Assembly (NCBI RefSeq): GCF_000372725.1
Contig: NW_005201792.1
Span: 871,440 to 935,439 of the forward strand
Origin: Emiliania huxleyi CCMP1516
Lineage: Eukaryota
Reading direction: 5' to 3'
Length of the DNA stretch: 64,000 nt
Shown: piece by piece, positions 10,758-22,598 of the stretch
Position numbering within the stretch: the stretch's first letter is position 1
How the letters are laid out: each line of letters begins with the position of its first letter
Made by a program: the position numbers and the translations under genes
Notes under the pieces: generated by a model
Told to the model about the DNA's origin: nothing
Seen by the model: the letters and a program-made list of their open reading frames with translations, nothing else
Database searches by the model: none

Positions 10758-13700
10758 CTACAGATCGGCTATGACTCGGCCGCCTCGAGTAGCCACGCCG
10801 CCACCCCGCAGGCAGCTCTCCGTCACCGCCCTCCGGCTCGTGGCTCGCCTCGCCGAGGGCGCCAGGCGCCGCCGCCTCTGCGCCGCGACCGACGGTGTCG
10901 CCCTCGCCCCCCCACTCTGCGCTTGAGCTGTCGTCCTCCGAGCTCGACCACGGCGACAGCGCGCACCTACACCACACACGGGCGCGCTTCCCAGAGAGGC
11001 GTCCTTCACACGATCACCGCCCCACCGCGGTGTGAAGAGCTCGCACGTCGAGGCCGTCTGCTCTGAGCCGGCGCCAGACACCCCCGCGGCCCCCCAGTAG
11101 CTCGCAGGCACGCTCGGCGCGGCCGTGGCCGCCGCAAAGCCAGAGGAGGCGCGCCGAGGCGGCGGCGGCTCGGGGCCGTCCATGTCTCCCTCCCCGCCGG
11201 CCGGCCTGCCCGCAGGGGCGTCTGGCAAGCTTGCGGGCTCCTCGCCGCCGCGCGCCTCGTCACCCGCAGCCGCAGTGGCGGCGGCGCGGTCGCGCCGGTT
11301 GAGCGCCTCCCGCAAGGGCAGCCACCGGCCGTGCTCGGCTTGCGCGAGGACGTGCGGGTCCGAGCAGACGGCGCACAAGCAGCCGATCGCACCGCCGGCG
11401 GAGGGCAGCACGTGCGCCGCCCGGCCGCAAGTGTGTCCGCACGGCAGCGCGCAGCCGCACGGGCGTAGAGCGCTGTTGGAGCCGCCGAGGTGCCACTGCC
11501 AAGTGTCGCCGCCCGCCACAGCACAGAGCTGCCGCACAGTCGCATGCCATTCTGCCCGCCAGCCCGCCCGCGCACGACCGCCTCCCCTGCCAACACCCCT
11601 GCCGCCGCCCCTGCCGCCGCCGGCGGCGCTGGCTCGTTGCTGCCGCTCCCTCCAAGTCAGCACCTCGCCGTCGTCCGAGTCGCCCCCGCCGCCGCCCTCG
11701 CTCCCGCTCCCGCCGCCCCCGCCGCCGCCTCCACTGCCGGCTCCGCCGTCGCCCTCACCTCCGTCTCCAAGCCGGCCCCCGCCGCCGTCTCCATCCTCTG
11801 CTCGGTCGGCGCGGCCCCGCCTCGCCTCGTTGAGGAGCTCCTCGAGCCCAAACGGGTCCTAACATCTCCGGGCGATCTCGGCTCACCTCGGGCAACCTCG
11901 GGACGAACCGCACGACATTGCGCCTCGTCCGACGGGGCAGCGGCGCCGGCATCGGAGGCGCGCGGCGAAGCGGGGCTGGTCGCCTTCTGCGTCGACGGCG
12001 CCTCGCCGCCGCTCCTGCCGCCGCCGGTCGCCTCGAGGCCGAGAGGGAGCGCAGCCTATTCACGGCAGCGGTGTGAATGCACGCCACCCCGACGAGCGCG
12101 AGGAGGGGAGGGGTGGGTTGGCTGCGCGCCCCCGCGAGTCCCTCTGTGCGCGCCAGCCGACCGACCTTGCGCCAGAGCTCCGACCCCGCCGACAGCATGT
12201 CGAGGTCGCACGCGCCTGCTCGCAGCGGAGGAGGAGGCGTAAGTGCGGCCGGGTCACAGGGCTGGTCGGCACCGCTCGAGGGCGCGCGCAGTAGAAGCCA
12301 AGCCGCGCACGCGAGAGGGCGACGCAGATGCGGTTGTCGATGGCCGTGAAGCCGAGCCGTCCGCCCGAATTTGAGCGGACGAGCGAGACGAGGACGAGGT
12401 CGTTCTCCTCGCCCTGGTACGCGTCGACGGTCGAGAGGACGAGCCCGTCGAGGCCGCACGCCGCCAAGCCGGCGCGCAGCCGCAAGACCTGCGGCGCCAA
12501 GGGCGGTGGCGCGTCGGCGGGTAGGCGTGGCGAGTGGCGGGTGCGCGGCGTGGCGGTCTGCCTGCCCCACGTAGGCCGCGAGGATGGTGATGCGGCCCTG
12601 CGCGTACCCCAGCCCGACGAGCAGCGCGGAGAGGCAGAGCAAAACCTCGGCCTCGTGGCTGTTCTCGGGCGAGAGCAGGTCTCGCCTCACCCGCTCCGCC
12701 GCCGCGTGCGTGATGAAGTACGCCGGCTTGGCCATCCCGAGCACCGGCGGGCGCGTGAGCGTCACCGCGTGGTCGCGCAGCTCCGGGTAGATGGGCGAGA
12801 GCAGCCGCGAGATCTGCGGCCGCATCCGCCGCTGCGTGCGCAGCCGCACGTACGGCACGTTGTTGTTGAGCGCGCGCTCAAAGAGGGAGACGGTGAGGCC
12901 GTAGTGGAGCGCGAGCTCGTGGCAGGCGGCGGAGGGGCGCAGCTGCTGGTGGTCGCCGATGAGGAGCAGCTGCGCGGTCGACTTCCCGAGCGAGGCGAGC
13001 ACGTGCGCCTCGAGCACCTGACGAGAGGTGCGGCCGAGGTGCGGCCGAGGTGCGGCCGAAGTGTGGCCCGTGCGCACGTTGTAGCACCTCCGCCGCCTCC
13101 TCGAAGACGGTGACGCGGCAATCGAGCTGGCGAACGAGCTCGTGGTACTTTGCCGCGCCCGTGGTGGTCATGCCGACAACCGCCGCGCCACGCAGCACTG
13201 CGAGCGCCTCAGCGTCGTCGACAGCGCGCTTCGCGGCGCGCGCGAGCCGGTAGGCACCGAGCGCCGCCTCGAGCTCGCGTTGCGCGCGCGTCTGTGCGCC
13301 CAATCGGAGGGCGGCGTACAGCGCCCGCCGCTCCGTCGGCGACAATACGTCGAGGGCGACGCTGCGCCCGCCCTCCGTCGCCGCCACCTCGGCCGCCTCG
13401 CAAGCGTGGTCCAGCTCGGCCGGCGACATCGGCGACGCGAGGCGGAGGTCGGCGTGCGTCGCCTCGCCGTGCGCCGCGCCGCCGGCGCCAAGCCATTCAG
13501 CAACGCCGCCCGCCGAGAGCCGACCCAACGCCGTGTTGAGCGCTCCCCACAGCGGCTGCACCTCGCGCGGCGGCGCGTGCGGCAGGGAGGAGCCGCGGCA
13601 GAGCAAGCTGCCCGACAGCAGTCTCGGGCCCCACGCCGCGTGGCAGCGGCCGGCGACAGAGGCGAGGCGCTCCCGCGCCCGTCGCAAGTCCTCCGTCAGG

Positions 13701-16700
13701 TTGTCGCTGAGCCGCTGCTCGTCTCTCGAGCGGTGGGCCTGACTCAGCAGTCCCCATCGGGTGGCGGGGAAGGTGTGCTAGTCGCGGCGCCGCCGCTCGT
13801 CTCTCGGGCGGTGGACCTCCCTCGTCCGCCGGAGCTCGGCCAAGTTGTACGCGCGCAGCGCCTCCGACTGCGACCGGCCGCCCACGCGGACGACGCGCGG
13901 CTCGAAGGCGAGGATGCCTGTTCACAGGGACGTGGTGTGAAGAGACGGCTGTCGGGCGGCGCGCGGCTCGGAGGCGAAGATGCCCTCGAGGAACTGGTCC
14001 AGCGCGTGATTGGTTTGGCAGAGCACGAGGATGGGAGGCGCGCTGCCGCCGCCACCCCCCGCCGCCAGGGCGGCCTCCTCTGCCGCAGCGTCGACTGCGA
14101 CGCTGCCAGCGGCGGAAGAGGAAGAGATGCCATCCTCAGCGGCGGCGGAGCCGGCGGCGGCGGCGGTCGCCGCCGCCTTCTCGTGCAAAACTCGCTTGTG
14201 CGCGCGCCAGCTCCGCACCGCTCGAGGGGCAACGGCACCGCCGCTGCCAGTGGCGGCGTCGGCGGCGTCGGCGGTTGGGGCGGCGGCGGGGGCGCTCCCG
14301 GCTGCCTCTTCGCCATCCGTCTCTCCGCAAGCCGCCTCCCCGCCCACAGCCTCCTCGCTGTCATCGATGCGGAGGATGCACTCTTCCGCCGCCGCGAGCG
14401 ACGCCGCCGCCTCCGCGGGCGCGGGCGCGGGCGAAGCGGGCGGGTCCGCAGACGGCTCCTCCGGCTCGCCGCTGCCGAGGAAGCAGGCGTGTCCGGTCGG
14501 GTAGCAGGCGGCGCCCGACTCCTCCAGCGCGCGCCTCTCGTCGCAGAGGCGCTGGAAGAGGGGCGGCGGCAGCACCGAGAAGCCACGCCGCTCGATCCTC
14601 GTCAGCCGCTGGTGGCGCTGCTCGAGGGCCGACTCTGCGAGCGTCTCCTCCTGGTCGCCGTGTAAGCTCAGCGGCGAGTCGGCGGCTCGGCGCGAGACGA
14701 GGCGAAAGGAGGCGAGGGGGACGGACTGCGGCAGCGACGCGCCCTCCGCGCCGGTGGCCTCCGGCGCTGCCTCCGGCGCTGCCTCCGGCGCTGCCTCCGG
14801 CGCTGCCTCCGGCGCTGCCTCCGGCGCTGCCTCCGCCACACCCTCCTCGGAGGCTGCCTCCTCCACCTCCGGGGCGAGCTCGGCCACCTCTGAGCCCGCC
14901 TCCGAGCCCGGCGCGTCGGCTGCGCCGGAGGCGGCCTCTGGCGTCGCCGCTGCCGACTCGGCACTCCCCACCGCGGCCTCGAGCGCTCGCTCGGCCGAGG
15001 AGGTCGTCTTGTACGTCTGGGCGATCAGCGCGAGCGTGCGAGCCTCGACCTCGCCGCCGTCCTGTGCGGCGTCCACCTAGTAATGAACGAAGTAGTTAAT
15101 AACTAAGAACAGGTGGAGCTTATCGTCCTGCGCGGCGTCCACCAGCTCCCGCGCAGCGTGCTCGTCGAGGGTGCCGTCGCCAGCCTAGTCGTCGACGCAT
15201 TCATTCTGGACCACTTATCTGGCGATCTCCCTAGCGAGGGTGCCGCCAGCCTTCGCCAGACTGGTGGCGCGGTCGAGCAGCGCGCGGACGTACGCGACGC
15301 CATCGATGGTCCGGTAGGGCTCGCCGTCGCCGCCGCTCGCCGAGGGAATCGCGCCGTCGGCCGGGCTCGCCTCCGCAGCCTCGTCGGCGTCCGTCTCGGC
15401 CACCGCCCGCGCGTGCGCCACCGCCGCCTCCACCGCCGTGTCGAAGAGGCCGAGATAGACGAACCTTCCTTCCTTCTTGCGCTTCGCCTCGTACCGGCCG
15501 TTGCGCGCCTTGTGCACGCCTCGGTAGCCGGTGGCGTTGCTGCTCGACAGGTGCAGCCGCACGCCCTCCGCCGCCTCCGCCACCGCCGGCGCTGTCCCGA
15601 TTGCCCGCGCGTACGCCACCGCCGCCTGCACCGCCGTGTCGTACGTGCCGAGGTACACGTTCCTCCCGTCCACCTCTTGCGTCGCCTTGAAACGGCCAGA
15701 GGCCACCTTGGACACGCCCGTGTAGCCCGTCCGGTTGCTGCTGGACAAGTGCAACCGCAACCCCTCGACCTCCACCCTCTCCGTCCCCTCCGCTGCAGCG
15801 AGCTCCCTCTCGTCGGAGCTGCTGCCGTGCTCGGACTCGGTGCGGCTTGAACTGCCGCCCGAACTGCCGCCGCCCTCCACCAAGCCCGCCGCGGCCGTGC
15901 CGCCGCCCTCGTCCTCCGCCGCCCGTGCGGCCGTCAGAGCGTGCCTGTCGGCCGCCCGAGCCCGCGCCGGCGAGGAGGCCCAGAGGCGCGCGTTGCGGAG
16001 CAGCGTGCGCACAACGATCAGCCCGATAAAGGTCTTGCCTGTGCCGGGTGGGCCCTGCACGAGCCCGAGCCGGCGCGAGAGCAGCGCCTTGGCGGCGGCG
16101 ATCTGCCGCTCATCGAGCGACGTCCCCTGCGGCACGCCCCCGCCGTCGGCCGCCTCCCACCCTCCGCACACGTCGACCAGCTGCCGGCGTCCTATAGCCG
16201 AGACCCGAGATCTAGCCGAGATCCACCCCGCGCATGCCGACCCTCGCGCCAGCCGGCGGCCCTGCGGCAACTCGTTGAAGATCGGGCGCACGTCGTACTG
16301 GCGGCCAGCCGGAGAGAGGTACGAGGGCGGCGCGTCGCACGCCTCATACCGCAGCAGCGCCTCCTCGAGCGGCAGTCGCAAGCCTGCCCACAGCGGCGCA
16401 ACGTGTGAAGAGACGTGTGGAGAGACGCCTCTCGGGGGGCAGCAAGCCGAGTGCAGGACTCGCCTCCGGCAGGCTCGCCCTCCCCCCTCTCCCCGCCGCC
16501 TAGCCGGTGGCGGAGCAGCGCCGCAAGGACCGGCCGGTACGCGCCCCAGTACGCCCCCGCCTCCACCATCGAGTAGCGCTCGCCGGACCGCTCGGCTATC
16601 TCGACGGCGAGCCGCGTGTCCTGCGGCACCGCGCCCGCGGAGAAGGCCTCGAGCCCGGCGCCGTCGCGCTGAAAGGCGACGAAGAGGGCGCCGTCGCCGC

Positions 16701-18125
16701 GCTCGAGCGCGATTTCTCGCTTGGCGACGATGGCGCAGCGGCAGCTCCGCCATCCGTCCGGCGAGAGGAGGACCATCGAGCCGTTGACGAGGCTCGAGAT
16801 CTCCGCCCCAGCTGTCTCCGCCCCCTCGCCGCCGAGCGCGAGCTCGTGCAGCAGGCCGAAGGGCTCGCCCGCTTGGGCGCCTGGGCACGCGTGGAGCTGT
16901 GAAGAGACGCGGCTCACTGAGGGCCGGAGGGCTCGCCCTCGCGCCTCGGATCCGAACCCCCTCGTGCAGCCTGACCTCGCGCGGCGGCGTCTCGCCCCGC
17001 TGCAGCGCCGCGAGGGTGGTGCGAAGCGGCCGCACAAAATCCTCGCGCAACAGGTTGTAGTGCGTGCGCAGGCACTCCTCGCTCGTGAGGAAGCCGGCGG
17101 TCTGGTTGGGCGCAGGGTCGACGCCACTCCCCGTCAGCTCTGCGGAGCGGGGCAGGATGGCGCCTTGATCCCATGCGCCGTCAGTGCACCACATCGCTCC
17201 TCCTCCTCCCCCTCCCCACCCTCCCCAATCCACTCCTCCTCCCCCTCCTCCGCCGCCTCCACCGCCGCCAGCGCAACCCTCGCGTGCGCCTCTGCCGCGG
17301 AGCGCGACCGCCTAGTGACTCAGCTGACGAGTCACAGTCGGCTCGTCGGTCCAAACTGCCGCTGCGCGAGTGGGACCGCCTCGGCGAGCCGCGTGCTCAT
17401 CTCGGCAGAGAGGCTGGCCGAGGGCCCGACCGAGCCTCGCACGAGCTCGACCTCGGCGAGGAGCCGCTTGAAGGGGAGGCGCCTCGCGGCGGCGGCGAGC
17501 AGCGGCTCGCTCAGCAGCTCGAGCGACACCTCGAGCCAGGCGCACGCGAGCCGGTCCTGTGAGACACGTCACGGACACACGTCACGTGTCCGGGAGAGGG
17601 CTTGGCCACGGCGCTGGTGCAGCCGGCGCCTGCTTCTGCACCTCGAGAGGCGCGAGCCTCTCGTACAGCCGGCAGGCGGAGCGACGCACCGCCTGCGCGC
17701 ACGGGCGTGAGGCGTGTTGGGAGAGGCGGCTCCACAGCCACGGCGTGTGAGCGAGTGGTGTGGCTACTGTGCCTCGACCCACTGCGGCGACTCGAGGAAG
17801 CAGACGAGGGTGAGGTGGGCCAGCGGCTCCCCTTTCTCCATCCGGCTCAGCAGCACCACGCTGCGGTGCACCTGAGGGAGCCGGAGAGCTTTGCTGGGAA
17901 GTGCTCGGAGCGTTCTCGTGCGTCCGGCGAGGCAAGACGCACGTCGGACTCATTCCAACACGAGTCGCGGGCAGACGCACGGAGCCCATTGCCGGTGCCA
18001 AGTAGAAGCTGAGCGATCGGAGGCGCGGCGGAGGCTGCCGCTGCACCTCTCTTGACGTGAGCCAAGTAGGCGCGGTCGAGCGAGGCGCGCAACGTCGGAC
18101 AGAGGCCGTCGTGGGACCACGGCAT
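10758..18125 (-). CDS. ZNFX1: ZNFX1-like Upf1/SF1B RNA helicase with internal AP2-domain insertion; more than 12 short introns; ends approximate
   Basis: HYNLLREDFVRPLR; VQGPPGTGKTFIG; PILVLCQTNHALDQFLEGI; VVRVGGRS; GMTTTGAAKY; FEEAAEVLEAH; LIGDHQQLRP; SLFER; QRRMRPQI; TVDAYQGEENDLVLVSLVRSN; NRICVALSRAR; C-terminal LPCGHTC. Confidence 0.85.
15405..15763 (-). other. Two tandem AP2/ERF-like DNA-binding domains within the ZNFX1-like gene
   Basis: GLRLHLSSSNRTGYTGV...YLGTYDTAVQAAVAYARA and GVRLHLSSSNATGYRGV...YLGLFDTAVEAAVAHARA. Confidence 0.85.
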
Positions 18126-18699
18126 GCCGGACGGAGCGTGACACGAGTCGAGGCGAGAGGCGAGAGCGAGCAGGCCACACGTCGAGGGGAGAGGGGGCAA
18201 AGGGCCTCCGCGAAGGCAAAGCCCTCTACTCCTGGCGCCCGTTCTGTGGCCAGAAACATTGGCGTGAAAAAAAAACGCGACGCCTGTGGGCCCGAGAGCG
18301 ATATGCCGTGTCCGCCTTGCGTTTGTTTCATAACATCGAAGGCTAAGCTCAAAAAAAAACATACAGTTAAGGCTAAGCTCAAAAAACAGTTGCACGGTGC
18401 ACCGCGGCTCTCGCTCGAGCCCGAACTGCCCGTCGGACATGTCGGAACCGTCGGATAATAGCGACTAGCACACCTCTGTCAAGAGTTCCCGAGGAGTCAC
18501 ACAGTCCACCTCCCTGCGAGCGGGGCGGGGTGCGCACTGTGCCTCGGTGTTCGTGCGTCGCCCATCTCTCCTGGAGATCGGTCTGCTCTATTTATTTATT
18601 GGGGGTGCGCTTAGGCCTTAGCTCCCCGGCCCTGAGCGTGCGGTTACCGACTGCACTCCAAGCAAGGGCTCTCCATTCTCTCCATCCAAGTGCCCACAC

Positions 18700-18805
18700 A
18701 CACATGCACATGCACATGCACATGCACATGCATGCACATGCACATGCACATGCACAACGCACACACATGCATGCGTTTTGCATGCATGCCACACCCACAT
18801 GCACA
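18700..18805. repeat. (CACATG)n microsatellite
   Basis: Seen directly in the sequence. Confidence 0.95.
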
Positions 18806-18867
18806 GACAGACACTGCCCCTTCCCCTATCCCCCCTCAAAAGACCTCACTCAAGGGCGAGGACACGC

Positions 18868-20023
18868 CTGAGGGAGGGTGTAGAGGATGTAGAGTTTTAG
18901 GATGTAGAGTGTGGAGCACTGTAGAGCTGTAGAGATGTAGAGCGCTCTGGAGCGCTGCAGAGCTGTAGAGCTCTACATCCGCCGCGTGACGATGCGCCTG
19001 CGTTGTAGAGCGATGTAGAGCGCGATTTGCTGTAGAGTTTGTTGTAGAGGCTCTACAGCCAAACCGCCGGGAAGGCAGTGACTCAAAGAGGTCGAGTCGC
19101 ACTAATGGGGTGTACAGTCTCCGAGCTTACTGGAGCTCTGATGGACGGCCCTGACTATCCCTGACACACAGAGAGTCACTCTGACGGCGCGGTCGCATAC
19201 CGCTGCGCGAAGCGAGCGAATTCTTTGCCGATGTGCTTGTTGAACGCCGCACTGCCGACGACAAGGAATGCGACCGCGCTGACACGCATAGCGCCGCCTC
19301 GTCCCGTCGGCTCGCCGACGCTCGCTCGCGGGCGCTGACACCGGCTGGGCGTGCCGAGGGTGAGGCGCCGTGTTGGCACGGCAGCGTAATGCAGGGACTA
19401 CTCGTGAGGGCCTAGCTCGCCTCAATAGAGCTCTACCAGTATCCGTTAAAGATTTGGAAAGCGTAAAAACCGAGAAACATCACGCAACGCCGGCTACAGT
19501 GACAATCGCCACCACGACGCATCACCGTCTCGCACGCCGACATCACGCGAACGCACGGTCCACGGAGACCCGCGCGCGCGTCGAAACAGCACCGCGCTTG
19601 CCTCTCACTTGAGCAGCGACCAGATCCCGCGGAACAGCGAGCTCCGCCGCGCGAGGCCGTCCAGCAGGAAGACGGGCAGCAGTAGCGCCCGCAGGCTCGC
19701 TCGGCGCTCGAGGGCCTTGGTGAGCTTCGAGGCGGTGAGCCAGCGCAGCAGCGCCGTCGCGGCCGTCTTCTGCTGCCTCCAGTACCCCTGCACCCAGTCC
19801 AAGTTGTCGAGCAGCTCGACGGGGTTCTCGGGCTTGGCGAGGTCGACGCGAGCCGGCACCCCTGCGGCGGCGCAGCGCTCCTCGAAGCGCGCGACCGCGC
19901 GCTCGTACAGCTGCAGGTCCTGCGCGCACAGCGGCGGATGTAGAGCTCTACAGCTCTACAGCGCTCTCCAGCTCTACAGCTCTACAGCGCTCTACACTCT
20001 ACATCCTCTACACCCTCCCTCAG
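18868..20023. mobile_element. CTGAGGG/GTAGAG foldback element with ~870 bp extra internal DNA (Pack-type)
   Basis: Termini CTGAGGGAGGGTGTAGAGG...CCTCTACACCCTCCCTCAG; arms match the 40607-40924 copy in reverse orientation. Confidence 0.7.
19605..19932 (-). pseudogene. Captured 3' gene fragment, possibly a sulfotransferase-like C-terminal helix
   Basis: LCAQDLQLYERAVARFEERC...RGIWSLLK*; begins abruptly at the element arm; D..LY..A...F pattern. Confidence 0.4.
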
Positions 20024-20464
20024 AGTAAGTAAGGTGTGACGTGTGTGTGGACTCGAGCGAGGTGTGTGTGGACTCTGTCTGTCCTCATCCCAACTAAGGG
20101 CGGCGGCGCGGGAAGGCTGGATAGGCCGCCGCGATGGCCGGCAGTCTCTCGTGCGCTTGGCAGGCATCCCTGTCTACGCCCTTATCCCAACCCTGTTTGG
20201 CCGTGTTTCTTTGTGTTAGTGCCAGTGCGCGCCAGTCCCGTGCCTGGTGTCGTGTGAGAGAGTTTCGTGGTAAAAATCTTTTCTCGGACCACACATTCTT
20301 TTGCCAACAAGATACCTACACATTCTTTCAGGGTGAGTCGCGCTCAGCCCATGATGGCTGCCGGATCGTTTTCAATTTAGTTGGGATGGATGCGGTGAGA
20401 GGTGCGCTCAGAGCGCCCTGATGAATGGTAGAGAGGCGCGGCGAGGGTCTTACCGAAGAAATTT

Positions 20465-22587
20465 TGACCGCGCAAGATATAAAGGGTGTCCTAAGGGCTC
20501 TGCCCGCAAGGCGCCCGCGTCGCAGACGCGGTACCATTGACAAATCTGCAATATACCCCCACACGAGCAAATAGCAAAATCCGAATACCGTGCACGAAGT
20601 GGGCGATGTGGGATGCAAGCCTTCAGCTGGTGCCAAGACATTCGTAAAATTGAAGCCAAGAACGGCCGCCAAATCCGTGCTTTCGCGCTACCTGAGGGGA
20701 AAGCCGCTGATCGAGCCCAGCGTGCCCGCGGCCGCCTCCCGCGCAGCACCGCCGCTGCGGAATCGGATCGATCCCATGGAGGAGGAGGGCGCAGTCGGCC
20801 AGCGCAGCAGGCTGAGTCCCTCCCCGCGCCGGAGCCCCCCTGCAGTCGAGGGAGTCCTCGTTGGCGATGAAGGTGGCGACATCGAATCGCGGCCGACACA
20901 CGTCACGTGGGAGGAATGGGCGATGAGCGGGAACGATGCGCGCTACGACGCCGACTCCGCCGTGCTCGTGGCCGCAGAAAGCCGCGCTCCAGGAGCACGC
21001 CAAGATGCAATGGCTCGCTTGCTTCGATTCAGCTCTCTCGGCAGCAGAAGTGGGGCTGGAGCGGGTGGGGGTGGATGCCGATTGAGGGAGAGCGTCTCCA
21101 GCTGCGCCCTGTGGCAGCTGCGCCCTGTGGCAGCTAGTCGAGGGACTTGGTAGTTGTGACCCCCCTGAGTGAGGACAGGAGAGAGAGAGAGCGTTTTGTG
21201 GTGTTGGTGTACGCAATAACGGGACAGGGTGGTTGTTCTCTCTATCTCCTCTTCTAGCTCTTAGCATGAGCTGCGCCCTGTGTCCGACCCCTTTTGCGCA
21301 GCAACACCTTAAACTTTCAGGCCCTCCAAATTCGGGTCGGAGCGTAGCGGAGTGGGCCCCGAGTTTGAAAAGGGCGACGGACGCTTGCGTCCTAGCCTCC
21401 AACAACGCCTCCCCGGCGCAGAGGGGCCCCCGGAGGGATGCACAACCGCTCCACGCCACGCCGCTTGCGGCGGTCCTCTTCCCAGCTCCGCTGAGCCCGT
21501 GCGTTATTTTATGACCGCGCACAAGATATAAAGGGTGTCCTAAGGGCTCTGCTCGCAAGGCGCCCGCGTCGCAGACGCGGTACCATTGACAAATCTGCAA
21601 TACACCCCCACACGAACAAATAGCGAAATCCGAATACCGTGCAGAAACCATGTGATGTGGGACCCAAGCCTTCAGCTGGTGCCAGACATCGCTTCGTTTT
21701 ACGGAAACCAGAACGTCCGCCAAATCCGTGCTCTTTCGGCGCAACTTGAGGGGAAGCCGCTGATCGAGCCCAGCGTGCCCGCGGCCGCCTCCCGCGCAGC
21801 AGCGCCTCTGGGGACGACACGCGCTGCGGAATCGGATCGAGCCCATGGAGGAGGAGGACGCAGTCGGCGAATTGGAGGAGGAGAGGAGGAGGGCGCAGTC
21901 GACGAATGGGAGGAGGAGGGCGCAGTTGACATTGTCGTGTCTGACTCAGAGGAGGAGTTGGAGGTGCAGCCATGGGTGCTCCGGCAACCTAACCTGATCC
22001 AGAAGCTCGCCGACGTTGTCACTCAACGTGCGTCATGCGTGCTCGAGCTTGAGGGAGGAGCTCAGCTAACGCTTCGGCCAGCCCCCCAGCGCCGCCGCCC
22101 ACCGCCACCCACAAAGCACCTGCTCTACTATCCCGTACCTGGCTGGCTGACGCTCACCCCCCCCGCTCCACTTTCCCCTGATCATGCCCGTGATAGCACC
22201 ATCACTGTCGCCGTCCTGGTTTTGAACGTGGCAGCTAGACTCTAAGGGACTCGGTAGTTGTGACCCCTCGTGAGTGAGGAGCAGGAGAGAGAGCTTTGTG
22301 GTGTTGGTGTGGTTGTCTCTCTATCTCCTCTTCTAGCTCTTAGCATGAGCTGCGCCCTGTGTCCGACCCCTTTTGCGCAGCAACACCTTAAACTTTTAGG
22401 CCCTCCAAATTCGGGTCGGAGCGTAGCGGAGTGGGCCCCGAGTTTGAAAAGGGCGACGGACGCTTGCGTCCTAGCCTCCAACAACGCCTCCCCGGCGCAG
22501 AGGGGCCCCCGGAGGGATGCACAACCGCTCCACGCCACGCCGCTTGCGGCGGTCCTCTTCCCAGCTCCGCTGAGGGCCCGTGCGTTA
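20465..22587 (+). mobile_element. Two head-to-tail copies (20465-21506, 21512-22587) of a ~1.05 kb non-autonomous element, possibly Helentron-like
   Basis: Both start TGACCGCGC..AGATATAAAGGGTG and end GCCCGTGCGTTA; T-runs at junctions; small hairpins near both ends; related ends at 39592, 41854 and 59771. Confidence 0.7.
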
Positions 22588-22598
22588 TTTTTCCAGCG

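Noticed and set aside
18339..18392. AAGGCTAAGCTCAAAAAA direct repeat upstream of the ZNFX1-like gene as a promoter
   Set aside because: Only two copies and no functional support.
21330..21400. tRNA-derived SINE or Pol III boxes in the repeated 3' block
   Set aside because: No cloverleaf and only a poor B-box resemblance.
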